A stretch of DNA of 64,000 nucleotides, from positions 1-64,000 of IMG/VR virus record IMGVR_UViG_3300028844_003294. The stretch is one strand, 5' to 3'. The translations under genes were made by a program, and so were the position numbers. Under the pieces are notes generated by a model. It saw nothing but the letters and a program-made list of their open reading frames with translations, was not told the DNA's origin and ran no database searches. This DNA is from a virus. Positions 18,851 through 30,900 of the stretch are shown in pieces (position 1 is the stretch's first letter; each line of letters opens with the position of its first letter).

Positions 18851-21235
18851 CTATTTAATTCCTATTACGGCTTCAACGGTACCCATACCGCCGTCTTCTT
18901 TATCTTCGAGACTTCTACCAATAATAGATCTTGCATCGTAATTGTCTGAACCTAAAGCCCAAGCATATCCAGGCTCATCACTTGAAATAAGTCTTTCACC
19001 TTTCTTAACTTTGCCAATTACTTTAACAGGACATCTTCCTGCTAGTGCTACTGGTACACCTTCTGCTTCGCTGTTCATTAAATAAGCAGGAGCAGTAGAT
19101 ACTACACCAAACACATCTCTATCTGCATGTGTTGTGGTTTGGGTTACCTCTGCATCTCCACCAATCTTAACGATTGTGCCTGCTTCATATTCTGAGTCTG
19201 AGGAATATATCTCAGCCAAGTCAGCATATTGAGCCTGTGTTGCTGTACCATTAAAAGTTGTTGCGTAAACGGTATTCCATTTGCTACCACTTGCGCCTAA
19301 ATTTAAATTATTGTTTGTTGCTGGTAATATTTCACCAAATGAACCACCTGATATTTTGCCACTTGCTGTTACGTTAGTTGCACCTGTAATAGCACCACTA
19401 CTTGCAGTTAAAGTACCGTCAGTTAAACTTCCACCAGTTACTGCTCCTGAGAACGTACCAGTAGTTGCTCCACTTAATGCACCTGAACTTAAAGTTGCTG
19501 TACCATCTGTAAATGAACCACCTGATATTTGGCCACTTGCTGTAACACTACCTGTATCAACTGTTGATGCGTAAACAGTATTCCATCTGTTACCACCTGC
19601 ACCAATGTTATAATTGTTGTTTGAAACTGAACTTATATTACCTGCTGTTACTGTACCACTAGTTGTTGTAAATGTTCCGTCTGATACTGTACCACCTGAT
19701 ACTGTACCACTGAATGATCCAGTTGTACCACTAATAGTACCACTAAATGATGCACCAACACCGGCTGTAATACTACCACCGGTAATAGTCAATGTGCCAT
19801 CAGTTAAACCACTGCTATGTGTTGTTTCAGCACTAAACGTTTTAGAACCTGCAATACTTTGTGTACCACTTGTTCTAACTACTGTACTGTCAACTGCAAC
19901 TGTTTTAGGTGCTGACCCATCGTAAGTAAATGTATCTATACCATCACCATCTGTGATAGCATTTGCAAGTGCAATGTTTTGCAAAGTACCTGTACTTGCA
20001 TCAAATATTACTACACCACTGGTGTCTTTAATATCAAGTCCACGCATACCAGTTGAATCAATTCTCTGGTTAGCACCATTATCAATAATTACATTTGAAC
20101 TGAATACTTGTTCTAGTGGATTAGTGTTACTACCGAGGCTTTCTACACTACCTAGACTAAAACCTGCAAGGTTGCCACCTAAAACAATATCTTCAACATA
20201 TAATGTTGTTACTGGTAAAGCATTTGAACCTAGTGTTAGGTGTGCATTACCATCAACTGGTAAAACACTGTGAACAATGTTAGATGTTGATGTTGGATCA
20301 CCAAATACAATGTCACTACCTAGATATAAGTTATTAAATCTGTTTGAAGTATTACCTAAGTCAACATCATCTGTTGAACTTGGTATAATATCTGTACTTC
20401 CTGTGTGGTATACGTTTGCGGCTGTTACATTAGAACCACCAATTAAAAGTGAGTTGGCTGTATCTGCCCAGTATGCCACGTTTGCTAATGGTACTGCTGT
20501 TTCTGAATATGCTTGTCTTAAGTTAAGACCTTTTCTAATTGTTAAACCAATACCATCGCTATCGTTAAATTCTGCTGTTAAATCTCTTGTGCTAACGCCA
20601 TCAATGTCTGTGTTCTGTAATGATGTATTACTCAATGTAAATGAGTAATCACTGAATACAGCCATTATAGTTTCATTTTCTGTATAACCTGTATCAGTAC
20701 CATCGTTTACATAAACGAATGCCAATACAGCACGTTTAACACCTAAGTTATCTTCTAAATAAACTGTTCTTGTTCTAGTACCATAATTCGAACCACCCTT
20801 AGATGCTGAATACTTACTAGATACTGTTCCTGGATAAGATGTTTCTTTCCAGTTTGATCCATCAAAAATTCTTAACTTGTTGTCAGTTGTGTTAAAGTAT
20901 TGAGTTGCAGATGCAACATCGGTTGATGGTTGAGAAGAACTAATTAGAGGAGTTAGTCTTGCCCATACCAAAGTACCGTCTTCATCTTTGTACACTCTCA
21001 TGGTATTGTCACCTGTACTATACCAAAGTTGTCCTTCTAAACCGGTTTTACCTCTTGCTACTGGAGATGTAGAACTTGCAAAGTTCTCCAACATCCATAA
21101 TGTATTTTCTACGAAAAACTGTCCATACCCTGAAACGTTTCTACCAACAAGTGCTACACCATACTTAGTGTTTACTTCACCGGTAGCAACTGTAATAGTT
21201 GTATTTAGGTCAGTTGTTTTAACTGAATAAGTCAT
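18851..21235 (-). CDS. Tail fibre-like protein with C-terminal chaperone/autocleavage-like domain
   Basis: N-terminal LVGRN..GYG...EN...LENFA...GQLWY anchor; TDGT/SGG repeats; RWNTVYA/KWNTVYA repeats; C-terminal YADLAEIY...GVVS..PAYLMN...VALAGR.PVKV. Confidence 0.75.
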   Translation of the reverse strand: MTYSVKTTDLNTTITVATGEVNTKYGVALVGRNVSGYGQFFVENTLWMLENFASSTSPVARGKTGLEGQLWYSTGDNTMRVYKDEDGTLVWARLTPLISSSQPSTDVASATQYFNTTDNKLRIFDGSNWKETSYPGTVSSKYSASKGGSNYGTRTRTVYLEDNLGVKRAVLAFVYVNDGTDTGYTENETIMAVFSDYSFTLSNTSLQNTDIDGVSTRDLTAEFNDSDGIGLTIRKGLNLRQAYSETAVPLANVAYWADTANSLLIGGSNVTAANVYHTGSTDIIPSSTDDVDLGNTSNRFNNLYLGSDIVFGDPTSTSNIVHSVLPVDGNAHLTLGSNALPVTTLYVEDIVLGGNLAGFSLGSVESLGSNTNPLEQVFSSNVIIDNGANQRIDSTGMRGLDIKDTSGVVIFDASTGTLQNIALANAITDGDGIDTFTYDGSAPKTVAVDSTVVRTSGTQSIAGSKTFSAETTHSSGLTDGTLTITGGSITAGVGASFSGTISGTTGSFSGTVSGGTVSDGTFTTTSGTVTAGNISSVSNNNYNIGAGGNRWNTVYASTVDTGSVTASGQISGGSFTDGTATLSSGALSGATTGTFSGAVTGGSLTDGTLTASSGAITGATNVTASGKISGGSFGEILPATNNNLNLGASGSKWNTVYATTFNGTATQAQYADLAEIYSSDSEYEAGTIVKIGGDAEVTQTTTHADRDVFGVVSTAPAYLMNSEAEGVPVALAGRCPVKVIGKVKKGERLISSDEPGYAWALGSDNYDARSIIGRSLEDKEDGGMGTVEAVIGIK

Positions 21236-21247
21236 TTACCATTTCCT

Positions 21248-21865
21248 CTAATTTAATTGTATCCTGACAGTATAAACAATTTCTATTTCTCTATTTTTAC
21301 TTTTTTGAACTGGGTGAAACACCACATGCGTAAGCATAATACTGTCATTTATGTCATTCGCAAAGGATAATAATCCCAATTCATCGAAAACGTACAAACC
21401 ATCGTTTGTGGTACTTGTATCAAATGCATCAGCATCACTAGGTTCGTTGTAACCTAATGTACAAGTAATCTTTAAGTCTGTGTAACTGGCACCAGGAATA
21501 ACTTCAATTTTATCTGTTTCAGTACTGTTACTAATAACTTTTTGATATGTTCTACTATATAAAGAACCACTCGATTCGTAACTTTCGCTAACTCTTGGCG
21601 ACTTGTAAATTACTTTACCTGCTGAATCAACACTAGTTGCACCATTACCAAATGCCATAAAGTGAATGTAACTATCACCTAGTTTGTCATTTAATGCTTT
21701 AGCAATAAAGTTTGCCATATTACCGTAGTGAATAGCATTCCTTTTGTTTACTAATTCTTCCCCTGATTCTTTATCACGTATTAAAATATGCCCTGATACT
21801 TTTATACCCATTTGATCATCTGCAGGTTTTTGAGTTTCTTTTTTATTTTTACTTAAATCGCTCAT
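21248..21865 (-). CDS. Virion structural/baseplate-associated protein
   Basis: GHILIRD...NKRNAIH...FDELGL...THVVFHPVQKS. Start moved to ATG 21865, 5 nt after the GATAAATA box at 21871-21878. Confidence 0.65.
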   Translation of the reverse strand: MSDLSKNKKETQKPADDQMGIKVSGHILIRDKESGEELVNKRNAIHYGNMANFIAKALNDKLGDSYIHFMAFGNGATSVDSAGKVIYKSPRVSESYESSGSLYSRTYQKVISNSTETDKIEVIPGASYTDLKITCTLGYNEPSDADAFDTSTTNDGLYVFDELGLLSFANDINDSIMLTHVVFHPVQKSKNREIEIVYTVRIQLN

Positions 21866-21902
21866 GCTGTTATTTATCACTTTTTGTTAAAAATAGTTTT
21901 AA

Positions 21903-24900
21903 TTATACGTTTTGTATAAATCCTATAATTGTGTCCGTTGTTGGACTGTTTGTGGTATCCGTTATACTTACACCATCTTGCCCCAACCAGTTTGCTATTT
22001 GTGGATCACGTGCGCCTTGCAATGCAATATTTTGTGACTCTTCGCCGTTAAATATTTGTGCGCCACTTTCTATCAATGGTTGTGCTGTTGTTCCTCTTGT
22101 TCCTCTTACAACACCTAATAACTTATTATTTGCAGTATCAACACCTGTATATTCTATTCTTTCTGCACCAATCCAAATAATACCTTTATTAGACTCGTTT
22201 CCATCTGGTAGTACTGAAACATCTGCTACACTTATCTCATTTTCCCAAATGTTTACATTTGCACTAACTGTTGTAAGTCCTGTTAAAGTTTGTCTATAAA
22301 AATCTGTTTTACCAAATAAATCCATAAACATTCTATATCTTATTGATTTAGAAGTTGATACACCTGGTAAAGTTTCAATATCTGCATTTGATGTATGTAC
22401 ATTTATTACCAATGTTTCTAGTGGTTGTACTACTGCAAGTTCTTCTGGTCTATCAGGACCATGTCTTGATTTTAAGAATGTTACAGCATCAAAACCGTAT
22501 ACAGTTTCGTTATCAACTCTGTAATTTACATTACCTTGTGTTTCTTCATTTAATATTCCAATAAAGTTTTCAACGTCTACTTCTCTGTCCCAAACTTCGC
22601 TATCCCATGAATAAAAATCAAATCCTCTTGTATTTGTGTAATAAGTGGTTGGATGTGTTCCAGGAACTATATCAGTAAACACACTTGCATCTAATTGTCT
22701 ACCTTGGAAGTCACCGCCTATCTTAGTTTTTACAAGAGAGAATGTGTTATCTAAATTACCAGAATCAACCATGCTAGTAATTGTGTTTACATTTGTCATT
22801 ACAGTTGCATTTGTAAGTACACCTTCTCCAAATGTTGATTCCATATCATGTGTAAACTGTGAAATAATTTCTGGATCAAACTTAAACAGTCTATCACTTG
22901 CTGTCCAACTTAATTGTGTATTACTAATATTTGCATTGCTGTTTTGCATAATGCTTACAATATTTTTTGCAATACTGACATTTATTGTTTCTTTAGTTGG
23001 GTCAAAACCATCTATTACACTAACTTCTATAACATCACCTGCACTTACTGTTTGGAATTCTGAATTACCTGTCTTGTTTAATACTATAACATTGTTTGCA
23101 CTATCAAACGTGTAGTTAGTTGTTGAAATATTACCACCGGGTGATGTTATTATATTACCATCCGGTGCAATTCCAATACTTGAATTTAAGTTAGTTGAGA
23201 TAGTAGGAACAACTTCATCATTTCTTTTAACTACAATTCTATCTGCTTCAGAAGGTACGAAGTTAAGTGACAACGCATCAATATCTGTTGACGCCACAAA
23301 TGTTTGTGTTTGCATACCGCTTGAGTTTTCAAATAGGTCTGCTTTTACTCTATCAAATACAATCTTAGTATCTACACTTCTAATTGGTGCATTACTGCTT
23401 ACAAATCCTGCATAAGTTGAATCTGTTGCTAAAATATTTGCATCAGCACTTACACTATCATCAAGTACTCGAACATCTATTGTTTCGCTATCAAAATAAG
23501 GAGGTCTATCAAAGTCTGTGCTTGTTCCACTTACTATTTCTGTTGCAGGTTTTTTAATATCACTGTAGTTTTGTATCTTACTGCTGTACGGTTTTACTTC
23601 GTTAAAGTAATCAATTGCTTTATCAAAGTTATCAACTTTAAATCCTTTTAGTGGAACTAGGTCTGTTTCTTCTTTAACAATATTTAGATAAGTTGTTTTG
23701 AATGCCCAGTTTAATTCTGTTTGTTCTGAATATGCATACTTGACCATATCAAAAAAGAATCTATTCCAATATACTCTACTACTACCAACAAACACGTTGT
23801 TATATAATGCTAATAGTACGCTTCTAATTTCTTCTGCAATAGGATTAGACTGTTGCTCTTTGTAAACTTTTTCGTTCCATTCAACTGTCTCATCTTCTAT
23901 AGCGATCAACTTAAATGTATCTGTTGACTTACTGTATTCGTAAAGTGAATACTTGCTGTTTGAGTTACTTTGTACTTGTATAACTGATCTATCTAGAACA
24001 TTTTTTAATAATTCTAGTTGTTTTGTAGTGGCTACTTTTCTTAAAGGTTTGTAATCACTATTATAATAAATTTTAGAGTTAGTAACTTTGTCTGTTCTTA
24101 GTTCTTCAAACCAGTTTACTGTGTCTAAATAATTTAATGTTGTAGGTAAACTATTTCTCCAGTCATCAAAAGTTGAATCCATTTTTAATTCTTTAAATAT
24201 AGAATTCAAAGAATTAAACATTTGCTTTCTTGCTTCTTTGATATATTTAAACATGGTTTGTCTAGGTCTATAAGATGAACCATAACGTTCGGCTTCACTT
24301 AAACCTTTAGCCGGAACATCTTCGCCCAACCCATTTATACCTGCTAAACTATCAATAAGTTTTACACTTAATTCACTAGGTATGCTACTGTTCTTATCAC
24401 CTTCACTTGCTAATTGCCATGAAGTATGTTGTTGTGAATGCTTTTCAGGGCGTCTAGTATAATTTAAACTCAAAATACTATTTTCAGTTTTAATTAAATC
24501 GCCTAGCATGTTTATACCCATTGCTTCTGGAGATACCATAGCAAAGTATGGTAATCGTTGTCCTTCAGGATTACTTAATAGGTTTACAAGTTCAACTGTG
24601 CTTCTTTCTCTACCATAATGTGCAAATGCCTTAGCATCAACCGTGGTCTTACCTTCAACCCAGAAGTAATAGTAGTCTGTTAGTTTACCTTTATCATTTG
24701 CTCTAGTTTCTAATATAAAGTTAGGTGCTGAACCATCACTGGGTGTAAGTGCTTGAACACCATTACTGATGTTTTGTAAATTAAATTCTTCTGGTGTTAG
24801 TAAACTTTCTATCCATTCAACAATCTCAATCTTACTATTGGGGAACATGCTACCCCAATTTCTTATTCTTTCTTCGTTATTATATCCGTATATATCATAT

Positions 24901-27900
24901 GTACCAGCACCTTGCTCGTACCATTCGTATTTAACTTTGCTGGTATTCCACCATGTGGCACCAACTTGTTCTTTACCAAATTTGGTATATGCAGGATTAT
25001 ATACCACAGGGTCGTTTTCAGACTTGAATATTATTTCTTTATCAATAAACCCAGGTATAATTCCTTTAAATGGATCATATAAATTTAACTCAAATTCTTT
25101 TTGTGCGGTATCTTCGTCATATGTGAATACATCTTTAACAAATTTAATATCTGCTAATTTTTCCTGTTGTCTAATAACTGTATTGCTTTCCAAGTATGCC
25201 CAGCCACCTGTTGTTCCGTAACTGTCAATCCATGCATTACTAATATTTGCTAAATCTAATCCTGACTCAGTATCATGTCTCATGCTTTCTAATACTAATG
25301 GTTTAACATATTGTCTATCAACATCATCACGTGTAAATTGTATAGCATCGCCAGTGATTGTAGTAATATCGTATTTAAACATATCTTGAGACTGTGTTAT
25401 GTTACCCAAGTTCATATTAAAGTTCCAACCATTTTGCCATGGTTTGTTTCTTACGCCTCTTCCGGCTGCTCCATTAAATGGAAAACCATCAGCCATTTGT
25501 TGTACTGAAATTGCTGGGTTTACACCGGAACCATCGTTGTTTGTAACTTCAATTCCTGGTCCACAATAATATGTTCCTGGTAAAACACCTAGGATGTCTA
25601 GCAAACCTGGATTTAAATTATCATCAATTTCGATGCCCATTAGTGTTGGAGAACTTAATACTAACTCACCAATCATTGCACCATTAGGTACACCACCTCT
25701 ACCTAAACCACTATTACCGAGACCATCATCACCTAAGTTAGCATCACTTGGAATAATATTACCATCAGCATCTCTGTATACAACATCAGCCGCAAATAGA
25801 GGATTACCATTCTCATCTAATTCAGAGAATAAAGAAATATCATCTGCTAATTGTTGTTCAGGAGTTGTTGCATAAATTACTCCATTTGGTAAACCTAAGT
25901 CTGTTAAAGCATTACCTTTCTCTGAGCAACTTGGAATTTCTCTTGCTGTTAAGAATATTCTAGCACCAAATCCTGCGCCTTTGTTAGCGGCGTCTCCGTA
26001 TGCATTATCTATATGACCACTGCTACCAAGTATCTCACTATCTGGAGTTCCTGATTGTGGTCGTTTAATATCATACTCTAATGGTACACCACTATCCAAA
26101 TCACTTGGGAATATTTTATATATACCTCTAGTGATAATTTGTATATCTGTAATTTCACCATCTGGCCCAACGCCGTTTACAACAAATCTTGCAGGTTTTT
26201 CTACTGCTGGGTGTTCTACTTTAGTTTTTGCTGATACACTTGCATTTCTACCGGTACCAATTATTGTAATTGTTGGAGGATTATCCATGCTATAACCATC
26301 TCCTCCGGAGGCCAATGGAATTTTTGTAATTGCACCAGAACCATCAACTTCGATGCCACTATAATCAACTAGTGCGCCTGTTCCAGGTTCACCGGTTTGT
26401 CCAATTACAACTCGTATGCTGTCTTTAACATACCCAAATCCGCCATTGTTTACTGTTATTGATTGTAATTCACTAGACGGTAATCCAACTACAGGTGTAC
26501 CGCCCATAACTCTCAGTACATCACCTACAGCATATCCACTGCCTTTAGTTAAGCAAATACTTTGCTTATCATTGTTAGCCAATCTTTCTTCTGGTGTAAT
26601 TGTGTCAGTAGTAAATGATGCCACACTAGTACCAACAATAGTAGCATTGCCACTACCACTTGCTGTATTTGTAAGTGTTGTTGGTCCTTGCACAACTTCT
26701 TTGTTGAAACACATTTGTTGATCTTTTTGTAATGTGTAATCTAATACTTCTTTGTACACACCACCAGCACAACCATTTCTAACTACCATTGGGTCTGCGG
26801 TTTTGTTTCTAATGGTCAAACATTTATCGCCTAATCCATCTGGTGTTACATGTACTGTTACTGATGTTACTTGACTTCTAATTTCGTTTGCTATTGCATC
26901 TATACTGGTAGCACCGCTTAGTGTTACTGATGTGCCATTTATATAAAATGTATCACCTTGCCCTACTGATTTAGTTTGTCCACAAACTTTAATTCTAGGT
27001 TTAGGTGTACAAACCGGTATCTGACTTGTATTTGTAGTACCACCTGTAGGAGTATGTCCTGTTAGTCCAATATGATTTGTATTACCTTGTCCTTGGTTTC
27101 CTGGGTTGGTATTAGTAAGTTGTGCTTGTGGACCACTAATCAGTGTACCACTCCAAGCATTACCATTTATATCTACCCAACCCAATGTTGGGCTCCATCC
27201 AGCCGTGTTTGCATTATATGAAGGATAACCATTAGTTAGTCCTGCTTGATACTGAGTATTATAACTGAAAGTACCGGCACCTATACCTGCGATGTTTACG
27301 CCACTAAAGTTAAAGGTAGTGTTGACTCCGTTAAAACCTGAACCATAACCACCACCAATTTGTAAACCACCTGGTGGGATAAAGCCATTGCCCCAAGGAC
27401 CGGCTCCGTTTGCTATTACACCTGGATTTGCATTGTTACTAGGATTACCTACACTAGCCACACTACCTTGTAAAGGTACCCCATCGTCTGATGGATATTC
27501 TATTGCAAAATTGTATGCAGTACTTGTACTGCCATCTTTTTCTAATTTGATTGTTATGTATTGTCCGTTAGCAGGATAATATGTAAAACTTAACTTACCA
27601 TTTTCTTTCACAAAGCCGTTGCCGTGTGTGGTATAATCTTGTATACCACCACTAAATTGAGTGTTATTTGAACCAGTTCGTATTCTATTATACTCTGTTT
27701 TATCTGTATCAGTTAGTTGGCTTAATGTACCTGCTACACCTGTGCCTGCAAGAGTTCTACCTGTACTACCTGCTGTTGTGCCTTGATAAACAGTCATTTT
27801 GTCTTTAGCACTATACATGTCGAATAATATTTTAATAGGCCATCCTGCACCGTTGTTATCATCAGTAGCAAATTTAAATCTAGTTGTCTCTGTTACACCC

Positions 27901-30900
27901 CTACCTTTTGTGTTACTAATAAATTGTGTGACCATTTTTACAGGTGGTACCGGTGGCGTAGGTGGTACCGGTGGCGGAGGTGGACAAGGTGTATCATTTT
28001 GAGTAATATCTATGATAGGACTAAAATCAGCAAATGATGTACCATTAGTACCTGCTGACGCATAGTTACCACTACTACCTGGTGCCTGTATTGTATTGAC
28101 TACAGTAGTAGGCGGCGGAGGCGGATTATAAGTTGGTGACTGGGTCGGTGGTGTAGATGATCCTCCTCCGAATGTTAGTCCACCACCACTTAGCGGAACC
28201 GGAACCGGTGCGGATGGTCCTGAAGTAGTAACATTACCCGAGTTACCAGGATTTGGATCTACGAAACTATGCTGACCACCATTTAGTACTCTTTGAGCTA
28301 ATCCGGCATAGTTATAACTATTTCTTAATGTATGTTGTTTACCTTGCAGTTTTGGATTTATTGTTCCTGCAGGTACTTGACCTAATCCAGCAAAATTTTG
28401 TAATCCGGTTCGATTGGCGGCATTCAATGCCGCGGCTCTTGCCGCCGCCTTTAGTGCTGGTGTTATAAAAGGAATACTAATTTGTATAGAGCCACAAAAT
28501 GCTACTGCACCTTGTTTAATTTGTAATTGATAATTTATATCATCAACATACTGTTGTGAAGAATACATTGGGAAAGCAGTTGCAACTGGCATTCCATTTA
28601 TGAAAATCTTACCTTTATGTGTTGAGGACAGGTACGCATTTCCTTCTGGGTTGCCTACTGTGAGTTGTGCAGAATTACCATATTCTAAATATTGTTTTTC
28701 TGAGACTGCATTAGCACTAAATGTTATACTGTTATTTGCACTACTGTCAGCATTGCCGTCTAATATTACAGTTGTGCCATCTACAGAAACTACTTTAGTT
28801 CCTGAAGCAACATCTCCACCAGACACCGAAACAAATTTTTGTACAAAATCGTTTTCACTAGCAATCACAATAGAGTTGCCTGTTCCAGTAAAGGTTGTTG
28901 TATATGTTACAGGTACTGGATGATCGTATCCGTATCCTTGTACTAATAATGTATTTGCAGTAGGAACACCTTTTGCTCTCCAGGCCCAGTTATAGTATCC
29001 AGGCTCTGCATAACCAATGTTTACTACATGCTCGAGTATTGTATCTTGTCCTGCAGAATCTATTGTTAAATCATGATCTTCTGTAAATGTTACTGTTACA
29101 TAATTGTCTACAAGTGTTGCATTACCAAATCTATCTTCTGTGAATGTAATTGAAGAATTTGCACTACTATCAGCATTAGAAGATAATATAATATTTCCTC
29201 CTGCATCTATGTATAGTACTTTACAATTTGCCGCAACATTACCACCAGTTACCAACATACCATCTGTAATTGAACTGTTTGCTGTTGCTAATTGAATGTT
29301 AGCAGTATCTACACCTGTAAAAGTGCTTGTAATACTTAGAGGTGCAACATAATCGCCTGGTATAGAAATAGTGTTAGCAACACCATTTACTGTGATATCT
29401 TTGATTCTATGTACACCTTCGAACAGTCCAGCATTTTGTATTTTAACATCATCACCACGTGTTAGTGTTGTTGTATCAAAATCAGTTGTAACTATTAAAC
29501 CGTCTGTTTTACCTATTGTTAAATTTGCAGTTGATACATTACTACTTACTGTGGCATCTTCAATTGTAAATGTTGTTGTTGAAGATTCTGTTGTTGTGTA
29601 TATTACACTTTGGCTTACAAATGTAATATTAGCACCACTTGATATGTTTGCATTTTGTGAAAGTGTAATTGTTGTACCAGATATTTGATTGACCTTGGTA
29701 TTATTTTCTACACCAGTTCCAAGTACTGACATTCCATTTCTAATGTCTGTGTTAGCCTCAAGTAATGTTACTGTTTTACTATTAGTTACAGTACCCGATA
29801 CTTCAGAAATAACTGGTACACTAGTATTTGCTGTACTTGACTGTGTTCCGTTAGTTGTAAATGCAGTAACATTTAGGTTGCTTATCTCGTAATTATTTCC
29901 GTTTAAGTTGCCACCTGAAGTATCAACAAAGTTTACATATGAACCATTTGTTAGTCCAGAAAATTGATTACTAAATGAAACTGTGCCATCTACAGTTTCC
30001 TGTGTTGTTACTATCGAAATTTCAACAATGTTATTACCTACTATGTTTGCGTTTGCAACAATACCTTCATTGAATAAAGCATGTGGCTGAATATTTAAAA
30101 CATTACCACTAACATTAGGTTCTATTTTTTCTATACCAAGCACCATAGGTCTTGTGTAAGTGATATCTGTAACATCAAAAGAGTTTTTAACAACTTGCTC
30201 TTCGTTAAAGAATAATCCAACCGGTGTAGTCAGATCCATTATTGTATCGTCAAAGATTTTTTCACCGTCAGCATAACTCATTTTATCGTAGTATGCATTA
30301 TAAATATTTTTATCACGTTTAAATGCAACAACATTATCATAGTATTTGTTTATGTTGTTTGCAGTATTTTCTCTGTTTCCATCTGTAAATTGCATTAAAC
30401 TTTTGTTTGTAAAAAGTGATATAGATTGACTGTTTAAGTCGCCTTCCACGTATGCAACATTACAATTAGTATCAACTAGTTGATAAGCATTAAAATCGCT
30501 ATGCTCATCGATAGCGAAATGTATTAAATCATTTGCTTGTGGAATTTTACTTGCTTTTCTAGTTGCTCTATCGAATAATTGTTCAAAGTTTTGCAAGTCC
30601 ATTGCCTGATAATTTACATTGTATTTTGAAATATATCCTGCATTAGGTAATGGTGTATACTTACTGTCTACTATACCTAAGTGGCTTACACTAGACGTTG
30701 TTGGCCATAAGTCGTTAGTTGCCATATCAGTTGGTCTATGTATCATTCTAGTACCATCGTCAACGTCTATTAAAATTGTTGAATCTGTTTTAACATCTGG
30801 TGTAATTTCAAATGTTCTTATTTGCTTTAGTTTGGCCGCTAAGGCGTCATTTGCTGTGACTTTAATATTTAGAACACTACCGGGTAAATCACCTTGATAT

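Noticed and set aside
19255-19620. Diversity-generating retroelement template/variable repeat pair in the tail fibre
   Set aside because: Repeats are short, in-frame protein repeats, and no reverse transcriptase is in the window.
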